Source: Octopus bimaculoides (taxonomy: Eukaryota). Taken from it: a stretch of 64,000 nucleotides of DNA. Of the stretch, positions 63,263-64,000 are shown piece after piece (the stretch's first letter is position 1; every line of letters starts with the position of its first letter). A program made the translations under genes and the position numbers. The notes under the pieces were generated by a model that did no database searches, was not told where the DNA came from, and was given only the letters and a program-made list of their open reading frames with translations. Where the stretch lies: the NCBI RefSeq assembly GCF_001194135.2, contig NC_068992.1, forward strand, positions 15,987,576-16,051,575, in the 5' to 3' direction.

Positions 63263-63549
63263 AGGTAACTCGAACGTGGAATCTAAAAACAGAAACAATT
63301 CCTATCATAGTAGGTACCTTAGGTATAATAAAAAATATTCAGACAAATACATAACAAAAACACCAGGACTTACAAATATATATAACATACAGAAAATTGC
63401 ACTACTGGGCACTGCACACATCCTACGCAAAACACTTTCAATACAGTAACCATAAGAGCACCACAGCAAACCACAGCACATACCCAAGGCGCACAAAGCT
63501 GCGCTCGGTACTGAAGTGAAAACACGTTATAAAAATAAAACTACTGAAC

Positions 63550-63628
<79 letters not shown>
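63263..63628 (+). mobile_element. 3' end of an R4/Dong-like RLE LINE: ORF end (stop 63447-63449), ~100-bp 3' UTR and (TAA)n tail
   Basis: TRTWNLKTETIPIIVGTLGII/KYSDKYITKTPGLTNIYNIQKIALLGTAHILRKTLSIQ* (one frameshift), the typical xPxVxGALG...QKxxLLGTAxILR RLE end; (TAA)n at 63550-63628. Confidence 0.92.
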
Positions 63629-63829
63629 TACTGTATGCAGCATTGTAACTTAACATGAAATGCATTTGTGCACGGAGTACGAATAACTAAGGTGGCAGAT
63701 GATCTTATCAAATATTTTTATAAAATAAATTAATTCATTATTTCATATATAGAGTCGAGGGTAGAATTTTAATGGTGGGAGAGAATAAATGATAACTGTT
63801 TATTCCTGTAGTTTATTTTATTGAAACAG

Positions 63830-63930
63830 AGAAATGCAAGGCCAAGTTGACCTTGGCACGATTTGAACTCAGAACGTAAAGAGCTTGAAGAATATCACAA
63901 ATTATATTGTCCACCTCCCTAATGATTCTA
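63830..63930 (-). mobile_element. SINE family B, partial
   Basis: GACCTTGGCACGATTTGAACTCAGAACGTAAAG. Confidence 0.6.
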
Positions 63931-64000
63931 CTATATCTCCAAACTTTCGCTATTTAGTAATATATAAATATACATACATACATACATACATACATACATA

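Overview
AT-rich, microsatellite-saturated eukaryotic genomic DNA with 17 assembly gaps, most of them flanked by (TA)n, (CA)n or (TAA)n. The repeat content (several tRNA-derived SINE families, Penelope-like elements, RTE LINEs, RLE-type LINEs, mariner, piggyBac, hAT, MITEs) looks like an octopus or other coleoid cephalopod genome; this is an inference. No host protein-coding gene could be identified: the long ORFs in the track are microsatellite, N-gap or decayed-transposon artefacts, and I list only a few unrecognised candidate exons as low-confidence findings. The most notable structure is at 50,520-50,956. It is a single insertion (11-bp target-site duplication) made of a tRNA-Arg-like SINE head, an internal (TAA)n and a tail carrying a Penelope-type minimal hammerhead ribozyme motif, with a second inverted hammerhead-bearing copy at its 5' end. 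This suggests a non-autonomous Pol III SINE mobilised by Penelope-like machinery. Also notable: a tRNA-Thr-headed SINE fused antiparallel to a Penelope RT fragment, R4/Dong-like LINE fragments bordered by (TAA)n, a nested hAT/MITE stack, two young long-TIR foldback MITEs and a 75-nt pre-miRNA-like hairpin. Element boundaries are read by eye and are approximate unless junction sequences are quoted.
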